DNA of 64,000 nucleotides from NCBI GenBank assembly GCA_037443805.1, contig JBBINQ010000008.1, positions 3,075 through 67,074 on the forward strand, read 5' to 3'. Source of the DNA: a candidate division WOR-3 bacterium. GTDB lineage: Bacteria; Hydrothermota; Tepidihabitantia; SM23-42; JAOAFX01. A program made the translations under genes and the position numbers. The stretch's first letter is position 1. Each line of letters starts with the position of its first letter. The notes under the pieces are model-generated. The model searched no databases and had not been told where the DNA came from. It was given only the letters and a program-made list of their open reading frames with translations. Below, one piece after another: positions 61,036-64,000 of the stretch.

Positions 61036-61737
61036 ATGGACCAGGTGATATCAAAAATCTATAATGAAGCACTGCAAGCCTATGAAAAAGGAAATGTAAG
61101 GGAAGCAGTTGAAGGATTAAAAAAGGTTATTGCCGCCTATCCAGATTATCCTGATGTCCATAATGCCCTGGGCCTTGCCTATTCACTTGCGGGAAATTAT
61201 AAGTCTGCAATTGAAAGTTTTAAAAAAGCAATAGAACTCAATCCCAATTACATTGAGGCATATGTAAATATTGCAATCATCTATAATGAACAGTGTCAAT
61301 TTGATGAAGCCATAAAATCTTTTGAAAAAGCAGCCGCACTTGAGACCAAAGAAAAAGGATTTTCACCCCAGTTAAAGACAAAACTTGCCAATACCTATAT
61401 GCAACTTGGTGATACTTACTATGAATTGCAGGAATATAAAAAGGCACGGGATGAGTATCAGCGGGCAATGGAAGTGAGCCCGACATTCCTTGATATAAAA
61501 TTGAAACTGGCAAAAACCTATACCCAGTTAAATGACTATAAATCTGCAGAAAAATTGCTCAATGATATATTGGCTCGTAATAAAAAATATCTTGAGGCAA
61601 AAGTTCTTCTTGGTCTATGTTATTACCAGGAGCGCAAGCACGATAATGCAAGGAAAGAATGGGAAGAGGTTTTAAAGATTGACCCTACAAATATAAAGGC
61701 AAAGGCATATTTGAATATGCTGAAGGAGAAGAAATAA
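61036..61737 (+). CDS. TPR-repeat protein
   Basis: 233 aa; ~6 TPR motifs (AxxxLGxAYxxxGxYxxAIxxFxKAxELxP). Confidence 0.75.
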   Translation: MDQVISKIYNEALQAYEKGNVREAVEGLKKVIAAYPDYPDVHNALGLAYSLAGNYKSAIESFKKAIELNPNYIEAYVNIAIIYNEQCQFDEAIKSFEKAAALETKEKGFSPQLKTKLANTYMQLGDTYYELQEYKKARDEYQRAMEVSPTFLDIKLKLAKTYTQLNDYKSAEKLLNDILARNKKYLEAKVLLGLCYYQERKHDNARKEWEEVLKIDPTNIKAKAYLNMLKEKK

Positions 61738-62105
61738 TGATTAAAAAGCTAAAAAAGGCAGAATTGAAAGAGTTTGAAAAGAGATTACTACAGGAACGGG
61801 AAAAAATCATAAAAGGCATCAATTATGACAGTGGCCAGATCTCTACAACACAGACTGAAGCCTCAGGTGACCTCTCGGCTTATTCCAACCATATGGCAGA
61901 CCAGGGCACTGAGACTGAAAAAAGAGAATTATCATCAATAAATCTATCCCGCCAAAAAGAGCTCCTGTTCAGTATTGACCATGCATTGAGAAAGATCCAT
62001 CAGGGTCGTTATGGAATCTGTGAGAAGTGTGGAAAATTAATTGAGAAAAAACGTTTGAAGATTTTACCTTATGCCAGATTCTGCATTAAATGCACCGGCA
62101 AATAA
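61737..62105 (+). CDS. DksA/TraR-family C4-type zinc-finger protein
   Basis: C-terminal CEKCGKLIEKKRLKILPYARFCIKC four-Cys finger. Confidence 0.75.
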   Translation: MIKKLKKAELKEFEKRLLQEREKIIKGINYDSGQISTTQTEASGDLSAYSNHMADQGTETEKRELSSINLSRQKELLFSIDHALRKIHQGRYGICEKCGKLIEKKRLKILPYARFCIKCTGK

Positions 62106-62568
62106 AAATATCAAGGTTTTTTTAATACCTGTTTTTATTGCATTTTTATTAGACCAGATAACTAAATTATTAATTGTCCATTTTCTAAGCCCATTTGACC
62201 CACCCTATGAATTTATCGGTTCAATTCTCAGATTCAGGGTTGCATATAATCCATACGGCGTTTTCAGTATTTCATTCGGTCCTTCTTATTTATATTATAT
62301 ACTCCACTTTGTTGGTATTATTTTATTTACTTTTATCGGCATTTCGCAAAAAACAAAATTGAGAGTAGTTCTTTTTGGCTTAATTGTAGGTGGTGCTTTG
62401 GGTAATGTTTTTGACCGTATAAGATTAAAATATGTAATTGACTTTATTGATATGGGCATCGGTAATCTCAGATGGTTTACTTATAATCTTGCTGATGCGT
62501 TTGTTACGGTCAGCGCAGTTATTTTAATCATTAATGAACTTTTTAAAAAACCAGAGAAAAATCTATAG
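62071..62568 (+). CDS. lspA: Lipoprotein signal peptidase II
   Basis: 4 TM; VIDFIDMG...NLADAF conserved LspA C-region. The 5' end overlaps the dksA-like gene by 35 nt, so the start is uncertain. Confidence 0.75.
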   Translation: MPDSALNAPANKNIKVFLIPVFIAFLLDQITKLLIVHFLSPFDPPYEFIGSILRFRVAYNPYGVFSISFGPSYLYYILHFVGIILFTFIGISQKTKLRVVLFGLIVGGALGNVFDRIRLKYVIDFIDMGIGNLRWFTYNLADAFVTVSAVILIINELFKKPEKNL

Positions 62569-62572
62569 TCGT

Positions 62573-64000
62573 TTATAATCTTGACCGATAACGGTCCTTT
62601 AATTCTGCCTTTTTACCTTTGTTCCAGCCCGAGACCTTACTAAAATAACCGGTTACCCTGGTAATATGGTCAATCTTTGTGCTGTTGCAGTATGGACAGG
62701 TATTTGATAGACCGCGCGAAGTGCGGAAACAGGAATTACAAGTGGTGAATTCAGGTGAGAAGGCAATCTGGGCATTCCGTGAATGGCTGAATGTCTTGAC
62801 CACAAAGTTTGCAATGCTCTCTTTTGGAGGTTGAGATTCGCCCAGCCAGACATGGGTCAGGGCACCTGCCTCAATCATATCATGGAACTTTCCTTCAACC
62901 CTTACTCTATCAATCGGGTCAATAGGAATACCCACATTCAAATAAGTAGAATTTGTATAATAAACTGAATTGGTTTTTACATCACCCTTTACTACAGAGA
63001 TTGCCTCACCCGGACAATGCTCAAGGTCAAGTCGTGCCATACGATGTGCGGCAGATTCTGCCGGAGTCTGTTCCATCACAAACCGTATGTTATATTGTTT
63101 TGATAGTTCTTTTACTTTCAAATACATATAAGATAAGACTTTCAACCCAAATTTTAAACTCGTCTCATCTTCATGCATCTGTTTTCCAGTATGGAATTGA
63201 ACAAGCTCATTGAGTCCTAATAATCCAATGAGATAGGTTGCACGATGTAATCTGAGATACGGCTCTCCATCCTGTTCCATTGTTAAGAGGGCGAGCGGAC
63301 CTTCATCCCTCAGATCAATCAGTTTTTCAATAAACTTCTTTTTCTGAAGATGTGCCTGCACTGCATAATTCAGTAACTGGTCAATCTTTTTAAATAATAA
63401 TTCATCATTCCCTTTGGCAAAATATGCTGCGCGCGGTAGATTGAGCGTAACATTTTGTAGTGCAGTATAACGCATTTTCCAGGGGGTGCGGGCATCATCA
63501 ATATCACTCTGCTCAAGTTTAAATGATAATCTACAGCATTCTGAAATCTTTGCGGTTTCCCCGCGGTCAAAAACATAATAGGTATTCCCTCTTTTTGAAG
63601 AGACTTCGGCAATATGATTAAGAAAGTCCTGCCAGCCTTCTGTTCTGTAGAACTCTTCAGTGATATGAACTAAAGGCTTTGGGAAAAAGAATGGACGGCC
63701 GGTTCCATCACCATCAAGATAGATATCAAATAATGCCCAGGCAAATTTCTGGGCTTCATTAAGATAATCAATATATTTCTTACCCGTATAATTTCCACCG
63801 GGTCCAATCGCATCAACATCTCGGAAGTGTTTGGGAATTTCCCAGTAGATATTCAAATCTGAAAATATTGCCTGACCGCCCCGTGCTACTGATTGCTGTG
63901 AATATTCAAACACCATCATCTGGGCAACCTGGTGGATCTCTTTATCCGACATTCCGGTTAAAAAAGGAGCGAAGAAAATATTTACTGCATCCCAGCCGAT
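62573..64000 (-). CDS. nrdD: Anaerobic ribonucleoside-triphosphate reductase (class III RNR), C-terminal portion; gene continues beyond the window
   Basis: C-terminal Zn ribbon CPYCNSTKIDHITRVTGYFSKVSGWNKGK and glycyl-radical-region pattern; ~460 aa here versus ~600-700 aa expected. Confidence 0.8.
   Translation of the reverse strand: MGWDAVNIFFAPFLTGMSDKEIHQVAQMMVFEYSQQSVARGGQAIFSDLNIYWEIPKHFRDVDAIGPGGNYTGKKYIDYLNEAQKFAWALFDIYLDGDGTGRPFFFPKPLVHITEEFYRTEGWQDFLNHIAEVSSKRGNTYYVFDRGETAKISECCRLSFKLEQSDIDDARTPWKMRYTALQNVTLNLPRAAYFAKGNDELLFKKIDQLLNYAVQAHLQKKKFIEKLIDLRDEGPLALLTMEQDGEPYLRLHRATYLIGLLGLNELVQFHTGKQMHEDETSLKFGLKVLSYMYLKVKELSKQYNIRFVMEQTPAESAAHRMARLDLEHCPGEAISVVKGDVKTNSVYYTNSTYLNVGIPIDPIDRVRVEGKFHDMIEAGALTHVWLGESQPPKESIANFVVKTFSHSRNAQIAFSPEFTTCNSCFRTSRGLSNTCPYCNSTKIDHITRVTGYFSKVSGWNKGKKAELKDRYRSRL

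Noticed and set aside
62071-62105. 35-nt overlap between the dksA-like gene and lspA
   Set aside because: Probably an over-extended lspA start call. No alternative in-frame ATG was found, so the track coordinates are kept, but the true start may be a non-ATG codon downstream.
1-64000. tRNA, rRNA or tmRNA genes
   Set aside because: No cloverleaf-type GTTCGAATC-like T-arm or rRNA-like conserved blocks were recognised by eye. The absence is tentative without tRNAscan or Infernal.

Overview
The window reads as a low-GC (~38-40%) bacterial chromosome segment. Several secreted proteins end in T9SS-type C-terminal sorting domains, so an FCB-group or candidate-phylum origin is likely.

**Gene content by region**
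- 1-10.5 kb: a type I restriction-modification island with a half hsdS, hsdM, an embedded AlbA_2/HATPase gene, a full hsdS, hsdR, a DUF45 HExxH metallopeptidase and a divergent UDG-superfamily-like protein.
- 9.9-13.7 kb: a two-gene, translationally coupled operon on the minus strand, convergent on the R-M island. The first gene encodes a 1035-aa protein with tandem nucleotidyl-cyclase homology domains, a STAND (AAA_16) NTPase and TPR repeats. The second encodes a 186-aa protein with an Orn/DnaQ-like exonuclease motif. This is my top candidate for an undescribed defence or signalling system.
- 13.7-17.5 kb: two tandem acyl-CoA dehydrogenases, a cupin and a geranylgeranyl-reductase-like flavoprotein.
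- 17.5-26.4 kb: lipoproteins, a T9SS cargo protein and a signalling cluster (FHA-GAF-adenylate cyclase, TPR protein, PknB-like Ser/Thr kinase with PEGA repeats).
- 26.5-34.4 kb: a complete MoxR-DUF58-BatABCDE aerotolerance operon.
- 34.4-46.8 kb: rlmI, an orphan hutU, an ABC substrate-binding protein, a two-component system, an EAL protein and a 1563-aa alpha-2-macroglobulin.
- 47-64 kb: secG-rplU-rpmA, metG, tatD, rsmA and a DUF362 ferredoxin protein. On the minus strand, an isoaspartyl peptidase and a clostripain-like C11 protease with a T9SS domain. Then a lysA-lysC-ddh operon preceded by an attenuator-like leader, a TPR protein, a dksA-like gene, lspA and a partial nrdD.

**Non-coding structure**
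- A 7-nt-period, C-depleted minisatellite family (AGTARGT...AGTTTGT...ATCMAGT) occurs three times, each just upstream of a consensus sigma70 promoter.
- A 46.86-47.07 kb intergenic region carries a four-unit TTCCAG-hairpin array.
- A recurring palindromic element CCTCCCC-N5/6-GGGGAGG appears at three sites.
- The promoters read here share a 16-bp spacer, and four start ATGs sit 5-6 nt after the -10 box, implying leaderless mRNAs.
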